This document shows positions 1 to 8,377 of a stretch of DNA of 64,000 nucleotides, one piece after another. The notes beneath the pieces were generated by a model, which saw only the letters and a program-made list of their open reading frames with translations, was not told the origin of the DNA and made no database searches. The translations under genes were made by a program, and so were the position numbers. The DNA comes from a virus. The stretch is taken from IMG/VR virus record IMGVR_UViG_3300036652_000269, positions 25,279 through 89,278 of that record. One strand, given 5' to 3'. Position 1 is the first letter of the stretch; each line of letters starts with the position of its first letter.

Positions 1-1260
1 GATGCCGTGGTTCATTGTGTTGCCCCAGGACGTTGCGCCCTGGAAGACGTGGTACAGCCCTAAGCCGAACTGACCGATGATGTGCAGCCATTCCTTCAAC
101 CGGGTGTAGCCGTTGTTGAAGAAGCGAGTGATCTTGTCCGTGTTGGCCGACGCGAGCTTGTTCAGCTTCTCGGCCAGGTTGGCGACATCGCCTGTCATGC
201 TTTGCAAGTACGGCTGTGCGGCAGCCAGCGTTGTCAGTCCGATACCCAGACCCGATGTGGCTGCCCGGCCCACGTTCTTGATGATGTGGTTGTTGCCATT
301 CAGGATGGTGCCGACCTGACCCTGCCGGTTCTGCAACATGCTGGACACACCGTGCATAGTGCCGTTCAGCACGGTGGCCGTGTCACCCAGTTGCTTGCGT
401 AGCATCGGCATGTACTGGTTACTCAGTGTCTTGATCTCGCCACCGAGCCCCTTGAAGAACTTGCCAGCAACGTCGGTACGCAACTGCTGGAACTGCGGGT
501 GCAGCTTGGCGACTTCCAGCGCGAACTCACGAGCAGGTGCGGGCAGATTCTTCATGTCGTTGGCTAGCGTCTTGACAGATGCGGTACCCGAAGTCAGGTC
601 CTTGATTGTCTTTCCGACACCAGCGGTGGCCAGCTTGAAGACGCCCATCCCCTGTGCGGCCGCCACCATCAAGCCGGGCATGGCGATGATGTTCGATGAC
701 ATCGGTGCCAAGTTGTTTGTCAGTGCGACAGCCGCACCACCGAGAGCATTGACACCGTGCACAGCTTGGTTCAAACCATCCAAGATGCCACCGAACTTGA
801 ACCCTTGCAGAAGCGCCTTGAAGGGAACGAGGCCCTTCAACGTCTTGGTCAGCTGCGCTGCTGCGTCCCCACCGGCACTGCTGGCGATGCTTCGCTTGGA
901 ACCGCCACCACCCGAACCGTCACCAAACTCACTGCGCATCGCGCGAAAGTAGCTCTTGTCACCGGTCTGCGTGCTCTTGATGGATTCACTATTCAGCACT
1001 TTCAGTGCGGCGATGTCTTCCCATACAGCATCACGCTGCTGCTTCAGTGCACGGGTGTTGAAAGCAATCGCTTCACGAGTGATGAGGTTCTGGTCCTTGA
1101 CCTTCTTCAGTTCTTCGGCAAGGACTTTCAGATCGACAGCGGTTTCCTTGGCCTGCGTGCCGACCTTCTCTGTGGACTTGCTGACCTTCTCGGCACCAGC
1201 GGCAGTTTGATCAGCACCCTGCCATTCAGACCGGATGACGATCTTCTCTTCGTCAGCCAC
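1..1260 (-). CDS. Tape measure protein, N-terminal part (runs off window start)
   Basis: Not in ORF track because it is open-ended. GTG at 1260 after GGAAGGAGG RBS; reads MADEEKIVIRSEWQGADQTAAGAEKVSKS... with no stop to position 1; Ala/Gly/Leu helical composition; follows tube and chaperone genes. Confidence 0.85.
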   Translation of the reverse strand, partial: MADEEKIVIRSEWQGADQTAAGAEKVSKSTEKVGTQAKETAVDLKVLAEELKKVKDQNLITREAIAFNTRALKQQRDAVWEDIAALKVLNSESIKSTQTGDKSYFRAMRSEFGDGSGGGGSKRSIASSAGGDAAAQLTKTLKGLVPFKALLQGFKFGGILDGLNQAVHGVNALGGAAVALTNNLAPMSSNIIAMPGLMVAAAQGMGVFKLATAGVGKTIKDLTSGTASVKTLANDMKNLPAPAREFALEVAKLHPQFQQLRTDVAGKFFKGLGGEIKTLSNQYMPMLRKQLGDTATVLNGTMHGVSSMLQNRQGQVGTILNGNNHIIKNVGRAATSGLGIGLTTLAAAQPYLQSMTGDVANLAEKLNKLASANTDKITRFFNNGYTRLKEWLHIIGQFGLGLYHVFQGATSWGNTMNHGI

Positions 1261-1277
1261 CGCTGGTGCCTCCTTCC

Positions 1278-1484
1278 TTAGCTAGTTGCTTGTTGTGCTG
1301 CCTGTTCTTTTGCTGCCCGTTCTTCGTCCGCTACAACGACCTCGTAGGCGGCTGCCCGAATCAACCAGTTCCACTTGTCAGCCTTCAGGACTTCTATCGG
1401 ATCGATACGAAAGGCACGGGCGATCCTAGCTGCGGTCTTGACACGTGGGTCATCGGTCAGTTCGTCTACGAGTTCACCGTAGGG
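1278..1484 (-). CDS. Tail assembly chaperone -1 frameshift extension
   Basis: The -1 frame after GAC CCT reads (P)YGELVDELTDDPRVKTAARIARAFRIDPIEVLKADKWNWLIRAAAYEVVVADEERAAKEQAAQQATS*, ending just before the tape measure RBS; no ATG of its own. Confidence 0.65.
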   Translation of the reverse strand, partial: PYGELVDELTDDPRVKTAARIARAFRIDPIEVLKADKWNWLIRAAAYEVVVADEERAAKEQAAQQATS

Positions 1485-2014
1485 TCGTCGTCACCACCCC
1501 AGTTCACTTCGTCCCCGTAGCCCGCTTCCTCCATGACGCGCTGGGTGGTCTGCATGATGGCCGCATCCGGGCCGTACATGGCCTTCACTGCGTCGATGGG
1601 TCGGGTGACCCCCAGCATCCCGCACAGGATTGGGTGGTTGAAGGTGACATTCTCACCGCTTGTCGTATCGACAACCTTCTGGCCCTGCACGTAGATGCCC
1701 CGGCAACGGTCCAGCAAGACGATGCTAGAGAACTTGCGGATGTCCAGGTTGTCGGGAAGCGAAGTGTCACGGGAACGCTTCTGCCACATCTGCAAGATGT
1801 TGGCGTCGATGTCCACGTCGAACTCCACCTCGATGGTGGGACGGGTCGGCACCGTGCAGCGGAACAGCGGGATGATGACCTTTTCCTGAAGCACGCTGCG
1901 CAACTGGTCGAGCACGTTGGTCGGCTCGGACAGGGTTTCAGGTTGAAAGGCCTGGGCAGGTGCATCGGGCAAGCCTGGCACCACGATGTCCTGATCGTTC
2001 TTGGCTGTCGCCAT
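1466..2014 (-). CDS. Tail assembly chaperone (short form)
   Basis: 182 aa between tail tube and tape measure; ends ...GGDDDPTVNS*. Confidence 0.75.
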   Translation of the reverse strand: MATAKNDQDIVVPGLPDAPAQAFQPETLSEPTNVLDQLRSVLQEKVIIPLFRCTVPTRPTIEVEFDVDIDANILQMWQKRSRDTSLPDNLDIRKFSSIVLLDRCRGIYVQGQKVVDTTSGENVTFNHPILCGMLGVTRPIDAVKAMYGPDAAIMQTTQRVMEEAGYGDEVNWGGDDDPTVNS

Positions 2015-2061
2015 GATGTTCTATCTCCCTGACAGTTGGATGGGTTGTGGATGGTGGTGAA

Positions 2062-2103
2062 GGTGTGGGGCTGACGACCCATCCAAACCGCCAGCCCCAC
2101 ACC
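2062..2103 (-). terminator. Stem-loop after tail tube gene
   Basis: GGTGTGGGGCTG-18nt-CAGCCCCACACC, 12-bp inverted repeat. Confidence 0.55.
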
Positions 2104-2109
2104 GGTCTG

Positions 2110-2517
2110 CTACTGGAACGCCCCGATAGCGAACACGAGGTCCCAGCGTGCTTCGTTCCCAGCGGATGCGTCAGCCTCGGGTTCGGTGAGGCCGACGAGT
2201 AATGCGTTGGGGTAGACCGTGGGTGTTCCGGACGCCACCATGTCCCGGTCTGCGGGTTGCACGGTGATAGTCGCGGTGAAGACGCCCACCTGGTTCCGCA
2301 GACTGGCCAGGACACCATCGTCCCGAGCCGGGTCATACGGCTTGGACACGGTGATGTCTGCTGCCTCCGGGGGACCTGCAATCAGGTCTGGGTGCAACGC
2401 ACCACCGTCGTACACCTTGTTGACGGCGGATGTGACGTTGCCGCCCTGCTTGGTCCCGAAGTACCCGTCGATGCCGGACACCGAGACCAAGAACTGCCTT
2501 CTGCTGGCCTTGGCCAT
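2110..2517 (-). CDS. Tail tube protein
   Basis: 135 aa directly downstream of sheath; size, position and beta-rich sequence fit a contractile-tail tube. Confidence 0.75.
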   Translation of the reverse strand: MAKASRRQFLVSVSGIDGYFGTKQGGNVTSAVNKVYDGGALHPDLIAGPPEAADITVSKPYDPARDDGVLASLRNQVGVFTATITVQPADRDMVASGTPTVYPNALLVGLTEPEADASAGNEARWDLVFAIGAFQ

Positions 2518-2564
2518 TTGCCGAACCTCCCTGCTTCCTTCTTGGTCTTACTTCGGTGCCGGAG

Positions 2565-4025
2565 CTACATGCCCGACGAGAACCCGACCTTGGTGATGTT
2601 GACGTTGATGGTTGCACCGGTCGGACTGACACGCACGGAAAGCCGTGCGTTCACCTGGTTGTTGCCCAGGCTGATGACCGAGTTGACGGACGGACCCGTG
2701 TCCACCTTGTAGCCGGGGTCCACCAACCTGCCGTTGCTGTCGTACATCGCGTACAGCCCACCCGCGTCGGCCAACGGCTTGGCGATACCGATCAGGCTGC
2801 CCGCCACCTTCGAGAGCAGCTGGCCTTTCGCATCGATAGGTGCGAAGACGTACTGTTCGAGTTCCGCGACTGCCTGGACGGCCAGGTCGTTCAGCACATC
2901 TCGGGCAGACAAGAACTGGTAGTTGATGGCGTCACCGGAAAGCGAACGCCAGCCGTACAACCGGATGCTGTTGGCGATGCGACGGATGACGCTGACACCA
3001 GCCCCGTCCAAGGAGTTGCCAGTGGTGCTGTCGTAGTACGTGGTCAGGCCGGTGATCGTGTCTGCCACCGCGATCTGGCCAGCCGGTGCACGCCACGGAC
3101 CAGCGGCGTCGATGGCACGGGCCCGAACAGCTGCCACGTAGCCCTCGGGCGGGATGGTGTAGATACCCAACCCGCCATCGCTGACCTGCACCCAGGGGGC
3201 GAACAAACCGGCGTACTCGGCGTTGGCCACTGCCGTGACAGCAGCGGCCGCGGTGGTCAGGTCGGACTGGGTTGCCGCCGACGTGTGCGACAGCAAGGCG
3301 ATCCGGTTGTTGGCCGCTGCGTGGGTGACGAGACCTGCGTGCACTGCCGTGCCCATGCCGGGGATGGCCACTGCACCATCACCCAGGTCCGGGGTGAACA
3401 ACGCCAGTGCGGCGGTGTAGTCGGAAGCGGTCAAGTCAGCACGGTCATCCGTACCGGCACTGAGGCTGAACGTTCCGGTAGCCGGAAGGTTGGCCGGTGC
3501 AGCGGTCGCACTGCCCATGTCCGTCATGGCCACCAGGGAGCTGTTCTGGAACGCGGTCACGATGGCAGCCGGGGTAGCCAGGTTGTCGAAGTATTCGACA
3601 ACTGAGTTGTCCGCCAGTGCCACCGTCACCTTCACCGTGTTGGCGATGGTACCCGCTGCAACTGTCACCTTGACATGGCTGGACCAGGAACCGGCGGACA
3701 GGGCGTCCACCTTGACGGTCGCTGCGGGTGCACCACCCGTGTCGTCCAGAGTCACCGTGCCCTTGGTGGCCGTGCTGCCGACGACACGTGCGACGTAGCA
3801 CTGCACGCCGCCTTCATCGAAGTACAGCTTCACGGTGTCGTACAGGTAGCCGTAGGACTGACGAGTGCCGAAATACTTGGCGTAATCGGCCATCCCCGAC
3901 AGCAACACTGCCTTGGTCGTTAGGCCACGTTCGGCCATTCCGACAACGAAGAGTTGGCCAGAAGCAGCCCGGAGAGGCGTGCTCGGGCCACTCCGCGCTG
4001 CCGTGGTCACACTTGTGCCTGGCAT
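2565..4025 (-). CDS. Tail sheath protein
   Basis: 486 aa; YFDEGG-x-CYVARV N-terminal motif, IPPEGYVAA, GPWRAPAG and IRLYGWRSL motifs of phage sheath proteins. Confidence 0.92.
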   Translation of the reverse strand: MPGTSVTTAARSGPSTPLRAASGQLFVVGMAERGLTTKAVLLSGMADYAKYFGTRQSYGYLYDTVKLYFDEGGVQCYVARVVGSTATKGTVTLDDTGGAPAATVKVDALSAGSWSSHVKVTVAAGTIANTVKVTVALADNSVVEYFDNLATPAAIVTAFQNSSLVAMTDMGSATAAPANLPATGTFSLSAGTDDRADLTASDYTAALALFTPDLGDGAVAIPGMGTAVHAGLVTHAAANNRIALLSHTSAATQSDLTTAAAAVTAVANAEYAGLFAPWVQVSDGGLGIYTIPPEGYVAAVRARAIDAAGPWRAPAGQIAVADTITGLTTYYDSTTGNSLDGAGVSVIRRIANSIRLYGWRSLSGDAINYQFLSARDVLNDLAVQAVAELEQYVFAPIDAKGQLLSKVAGSLIGIAKPLADAGGLYAMYDSNGRLVDPGYKVDTGPSVNSVISLGNNQVNARLSVRVSPTGATINVNITKVGFSSGM

Positions 4026-4065
4026 GGGAGCACCTTCCTGCTAGCGGACCCGGACTGGTCCTGGG

Positions 4066-4359
4066 TTATGACGATGACTTGCTGGTGGCAGCACTAGTAT
4101 CCATGGTCTTGGTGCCTGCCGTCTTGCTCTCGGTGGCTTTCGGCGCGGCGGTAGGTGCCGGTGCCGGTGTGGGTGTTTCTTCCGCGACCTGTTGCTGAAG
4201 CAGAAGACCGTTGTCGATGAGGCTTTTCACCTCATCGTCCAGTTCGACGGTGGCCTTGCTGTGGGCTTCCACCATGGCGAACTGACTGTCGATGACCAGT
4301 GCGTAACTGGCCGGGTTGAAGACCTGGACTTTCACGTGGCCGCTCCTGTTGGTTGTCAC
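4066..4359 (-). CDS. Hypothetical protein (neck/tail region)
   Basis: 97 aa, overlaps upstream stop (translational coupling). Confidence 0.6.
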   Translation of the reverse strand: MTTNRSGHVKVQVFNPASYALVIDSQFAMVEAHSKATVELDDEVKSLIDNGLLLQQQVAEETPTPAPAPTAAPKATESKTAGTKTMDTSAATSKSSS

Positions 4360-4994
4360 AACGTTGTCGAATCGACAGCGATGGTGTTTGCTACGCCGTA
4401 CCCGGTCCGTACCATGCTTTCATCGACCTTCAGCTTGAAAGAATGTGATACGGCAGCAGCCCAGACATTGCCACGTTCCAGCTTGGTGGCATCGCTGTAC
4501 CTCTCGTTGAAGGTTTCTTCCATCACCAACAACGCATCGGGTTGGCCCAACGTCAGCCTGTCAAGAAGACAGTTCCTGACCACTGCACCGATGTCATCCC
4601 GAAGCTGCATGGCGGCAGCCTGCTCGGTGGACTGTTCGGCCACGATGTCGTTGACGACCTGGATTTCCAACCCGGTGTCGGTGGCCGGTGTCTTGACGAT
4701 AGTCACGATCATCACGTCGTACCGGTCTTCGTACTGTTCACCCATCAGGTCGTCGTAGTCCACCCGCAGCAACTGGTCCATCCCGCTAACACTGATGTCG
4801 ATGCTGGGCATCAGGCCGGACAGTTCACGCTCGTAGGTGCGGATGACTTCCGGGTACGGCAGCTGGTCGGCAGTCAGACCCCAGGCTGCCCGGCACTTGG
4901 TGAACATGGCAGGCAGAGCGCTGTCGAAGTAATCGGCGATGGCGTGACGGACAGTCGTGGCCCCACGGAAGACTGTCGCATTGATATTCGTCAT
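4356..4994 (-). CDS. Putative tail terminator/completion protein
   Basis: 212 aa; position upstream of sheath. Function from synteny only. Confidence 0.5.
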   Translation of the reverse strand: MTNINATVFRGATTVRHAIADYFDSALPAMFTKCRAAWGLTADQLPYPEVIRTYERELSGLMPSIDISVSGMDQLLRVDYDDLMGEQYEDRYDVMIVTIVKTPATDTGLEIQVVNDIVAEQSTEQAAAMQLRDDIGAVVRNCLLDRLTLGQPDALLVMEETFNERYSDATKLERGNVWAAAVSHSFKLKVDESMVRTGYGVANTIAVDSTTL

Positions 4995-5488
4995 TCCGCT
5001 ACGTCCTTTCCTTGTCTACCCATCAAGTAGTTGGCGATGATCTGCCTGATGTGGACAGACATATCAGGGGTGAGCACAAGGATCGGCCGGGCTGGGTTGA
5101 CCTGCTTGCCGTGCCGGTGGGTACCGCCGTGGTGGAAGACGGCCAATCTGTCCGAGCTACCGTATTCGGCTTCGTGGCCCATGTACCGTTCGATGTCCAT
5201 CGGGCGGGACGTGAACGAACGCATCATGTCGCCGTTGAAGCGAAGTATCTTGTTGATACCTCCGTGCGCCAGCTTCCAGGTCTTGTATTTCGGTGTCAGT
5301 GGTTTCCACGGTTCACCGAAGTAGGCACCTTCACTGACGAACTGCTTGCGCACTTCCGACGACAGGTAGGAACCCACCTTCCGCCATGCTGGCTCAGGGC
5401 TCCGGGATCGCTTCTTGATGGCGTTCATCCGACGACGCAGGTTCTTCATGCTCTCGTCGCTGACTTTCAAAATGAGACCTTCGGCCAT
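4991..5488 (-). CDS. Phage virion morphogenesis (Mu gpG-like neck) protein
   Basis: F-x-SEG...WKPLTPKY...IL...G.M..S...YG....A.FH..GT...PARPIL pattern. Confidence 0.75.
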   Translation of the reverse strand: MAEGLILKVSDESMKNLRRRMNAIKKRSRSPEPAWRKVGSYLSSEVRKQFVSEGAYFGEPWKPLTPKYKTWKLAHGGINKILRFNGDMMRSFTSRPMDIERYMGHEAEYGSSDRLAVFHHGGTHRHGKQVNPARPILVLTPDMSVHIRQIIANYLMGRQGKDVAE

Positions 5489-6120
5489 CAGACAGCAACC
5501 CTGCGCTTCAATCGCTTCAGGTTGGCCAGTTCGGCGGGCTGCCAGCCGGTAGGACGCTTGTCCGATGCAGCAGCTGTCTCGGTGACAGTTGACTTCCGGC
5601 CCACGTTGTCGTCCAGGATCGGTTCGATGTCACGGGCAGCCACCCGCTTGATGGCCATCTTCAGTGCTTCGTCGGTGTAGCCCTTGTAGCCACCGATGTA
5701 CTCCATCGAGACCCACTGGTTGGGCCAGCCCGCGAAGTATTGATTACCTTGCCTGACATTCTGAAAGAATGTCACATTGACAGCGCCACCCGTCAGCAGG
5801 TCAAGGGTCGGTCGGTTGGCGACGGAATCCGCGGTGAGTGCAGGCGGGGTGACTTCGTACTGGTACCAGGGGATCAGCCCCGGCAGCGTTTCCGGCGTGA
5901 CGTTGTAAACCTGCCAGACGGGCGCTGCCAAGGGGCTGACCAATCCCCGGCTATCGGACAGCAGGGACTCTCGAACGTGGATGACTTCGACCGGACGATT
6001 CAGCTTCACTTCCAGTTCCGACTGAACGCCAGCCAGAATCTCGATGATGGCCTGCCGTTGCGAATCGGTGCAACGGGTCTGGCCCATGTAGCGCATCATT
6101 TCGTCCAGCGAAACTAGCAT
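5488..6120 (-). CDS. Head-to-tail adaptor/connector
   Basis: 210 aa; MLVSLDEMMRYM start, VSMEYIGGY and C-terminal LKRLKRR typical of gp6/gp15-like adaptors. Confidence 0.65.
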   Translation of the reverse strand: MLVSLDEMMRYMGQTRCTDSQRQAIIEILAGVQSELEVKLNRPVEVIHVRESLLSDSRGLVSPLAAPVWQVYNVTPETLPGLIPWYQYEVTPPALTADSVANRPTLDLLTGGAVNVTFFQNVRQGNQYFAGWPNQWVSMEYIGGYKGYTDEALKMAIKRVAARDIEPILDDNVGRKSTVTETAAASDKRPTGWQPAELANLKRLKRRVAV

Positions 6121-6141
6121 TTCGACAGTCCCCTTGGGTTC

Positions 6142-6642
6142 TTAGCTCTGCTTCACCAGCAGCGAACGGGGGATCGTGGCCCCTGCCCGGTACAGCAACA
6201 CGTAGGTGGGGCGCTTCGAACGACGGGGGAAGACCTCGCGGTAGACATCCCGGTCCGGGATCACTCCACCATTGACTTCGTGGCCTTCGACCTGCACCGG
6301 TTCCCCGGCCCGGATGATGATGCCGTCCGGTTCCGTCGTCCGCTCCTGGAAGGCCCGTGTACGCCCCGCAGAGCCTCTGGGGACCGTCGCGGGGTCGTCG
6401 GATGCATCAGGGGGCAGGTTCGGGTCCGTACGGGGGTCTGACGGCTTTTCGTCGCCATCCCCGGCCGTGTCGCCCCCGGTGGTGTCGTTCTGCTCGTCCT
6501 GCTCAGCCGGATCGGTGTCGTCCTGGGTGTCACCGTCTGTGGCACCATCGCTTGTCGTATCGACAAGTGTTTCGTTGTCGTTGTCGTCCAGACCTGGGGG
6601 CAGCGATTCGCCAGCCACCTGGTTGGGTCGGTTGCGAGCCAT
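6142..6642 (-). CDS. Hypothetical protein with acidic N-terminus (head region)
   Basis: Start MARNRPNQ at 6642 with AGGAGTGG RBS. Confidence 0.6.
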   Translation of the reverse strand: MARNRPNQVAGESLPPGLDDNDNETLVDTTSDGATDGDTQDDTDPAEQDEQNDTTGGDTAGDGDEKPSDPRTDPNLPPDASDDPATVPRGSAGRTRAFQERTTEPDGIIIRAGEPVQVEGHEVNGGVIPDRDVYREVFPRRSKRPTYVLLYRAGATIPRSLLVKQS

Positions 6643-6652
6643 CAATCCACTC

Positions 6653-6820
6653 CTACTGGGTACACGTGCCGGATGGGGCACCACACAACGGGCACGTGTC
6701 CGCTGTAGGTGGCAGAACGTACTGGCCAACACCTTGCATGGCCCATTCTTCACCAACAAGGTGATTGCCGGTCTCACGAGTCGGTGCTGGCGTCAGGATG
6801 AAGACTTCGGGCTCAGCCAT
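6653..6820 (-). CDS. Small 55-aa protein with C-terminal CPLCGAPSGTC motif
   Basis: Below ORF-track cutoff: MAEPEVFILTPAPTRETGNHLVGEEWAMQGVGQYVLPPTADTCPLCGAPSGTCTQ*; AGAAAGAAAG upstream; fills the gap after the capsid terminator. Confidence 0.55.
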   Translation of the reverse strand: MAEPEVFILTPAPTRETGNHLVGEEWAMQGVGQYVLPPTADTCPLCGAPSGTCTQ

Positions 6821-6843
6821 GAGACTTTCTTTCTGATGGGCCG

Positions 6844-6883
6844 AAGCCCCGTGCCCCAGTATCGCTACCGGAACACGGGGCTT
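6844..6883 (-). terminator. Stem-loop after major capsid gene
   Basis: AAGCCCCGTG...CACGGGGCTT inverted repeat. Confidence 0.6.
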
Positions 6884-6912
6884 GGCGGTTGGTGCTAAGG
6901 ATCGGCTGTCGG

Positions 6913-8262
6913 TTAGAACGTGCCGACGACGAAGGACTCCGGACGCTTGACGGCGAGGGCAATACGCTCTTCGACCAGCACCGCGATGGCGTTGCGGACG
7001 AAGAAGTCGGCGTGCTGCTCTGCGATCCGGACGTTGGCCTGCTCGCGGTCGTAGACCTGAGCGCCCAGACCGAACGCACCGGTAAGCCAGGTGCCTTCGT
7101 TCATGGCCGGGGTCTCAACAACGGGCTGACGCCAGACCTGCGCCTGGGCACCGATGGCGATGTTGGTGAACAGCATGTACTGGCCGTCACCGCCGTTGGT
7201 CGTGGTGCCCTTCTGAAGCTCGATGTCCTCCCAGTCGAACGGGTGGAGCACGAAGCCGGTGCCGGGGTAGTTGGCGATGACCGACAACGTGGCCGACCGG
7301 CGAAGGGCGTCCGACTTCAGGTCCCCGGCTGCACGGGTGTAGACCTGCACGCCAGGCGTGTTCAGCAGACCCAGCAGGTTGTTGCCGGTGCCGTCACCGT
7401 TGAGCAGCTGGTCGTCCTCTTCGAGCGCGAGGCCGTACAGCAACTCGTTGTTGATGATGGACTGCAACTGCGGCACGTCGCTGATGACGTTGCGGTGGGC
7501 CGCTTCCCAGTGCGCGATGGTGCGGACCGGGGCCTGCGCAGTGTCGAACTGAAGGCTGGACTTCGGCTTGGGGCCGAAGACAGCGACCGAGTTCTCGACG
7601 GCACGGTCAGCGACGGCCTGGGCGTTGCCGTTGCCGTTGTTCTCCGCGAACCCGATGACCCGGAAGAAGTCGATCAGGTTGGCCGACGTGGTGGCGACCG
7701 GGAAGAGGTCACGCACCCGGTAGGTGCGCTGGCCACGCGGGACGATGGGGTCGAACTGGATCGGGCCCCAGCCCTGCGGGTTCACCGTGTCCGGGACCAT
7801 CTGCCCGAACACGTCCTTGGTGCCGTAGCCACCGTTGCCGATGATCCGGCCGTCGATGTCGAACGGAGCGTCCATGCTGGTTTTGCCGGCCTTGACCATG
7901 GCGTTGAACTGCTCGGACTCGGTGAACATCTGGCCGAACGACTTGCGCTGCTGCGGGACGTACAGCCGCTGTGACTGGGTACCGGCACTGGAAGCAGCTG
8001 CGGCCATGGCAGCACTGAAGCCCTCGGGCTCGGCACCGTACTTCTTGACTTCTTCGGTCAGCCGCTTCATGGCGATGAGCGACTTGATCTCCGTGCACTT
8101 GTCGTACGCGGCCTTGATCTGGTCGGCAGTGTCGCGGGAAAGCTCGACGTTCGCGCCATCGACCTTGACGCCCTTCGCCATGCCTTCTTCCACGATCTTC
8201 GCGTTCTGGGTCAGCGCGGACTCAAGGTCCTTGACGCTGATGTCAGCGAGGTCGGTGCTCAC
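6913..8262 (-). CDS. Major capsid protein, HK97 fold
   Basis: 449 aa; VRTIAHW, L..EEDDQLLNGDGTG, F.RNAIAVLVEERIALAVKRPESF; N-terminal delta-like helical domain. Confidence 0.95.
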   Translation of the reverse strand: MSTDLADISVKDLESALTQNAKIVEEGMAKGVKVDGANVELSRDTADQIKAAYDKCTEIKSLIAMKRLTEEVKKYGAEPEGFSAAMAAAASSAGTQSQRLYVPQQRKSFGQMFTESEQFNAMVKAGKTSMDAPFDIDGRIIGNGGYGTKDVFGQMVPDTVNPQGWGPIQFDPIVPRGQRTYRVRDLFPVATTSANLIDFFRVIGFAENNGNGNAQAVADRAVENSVAVFGPKPKSSLQFDTAQAPVRTIAHWEAAHRNVISDVPQLQSIINNELLYGLALEEDDQLLNGDGTGNNLLGLLNTPGVQVYTRAAGDLKSDALRRSATLSVIANYPGTGFVLHPFDWEDIELQKGTTTNGGDGQYMLFTNIAIGAQAQVWRQPVVETPAMNEGTWLTGAFGLGAQVYDREQANVRIAEQHADFFVRNAIAVLVEERIALAVKRPESFVVGTF

Positions 8263-8377
8263 GGGTCTGTCCTTTCTGAATGTCTGAATGATACTTCCGG
8301 GATGACTGTTCAGGTGGTGAAGAGTCCGGTAAGCACCGTGACACCTCGTTGCCCATCAGTGTGACACATTGCAAAGC

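Noticed and set aside
2110-4025. Extracellular contractile injection system or tailocin
   Set aside because: Capsid, portal, terminase and replication genes are present, so this is a phage.
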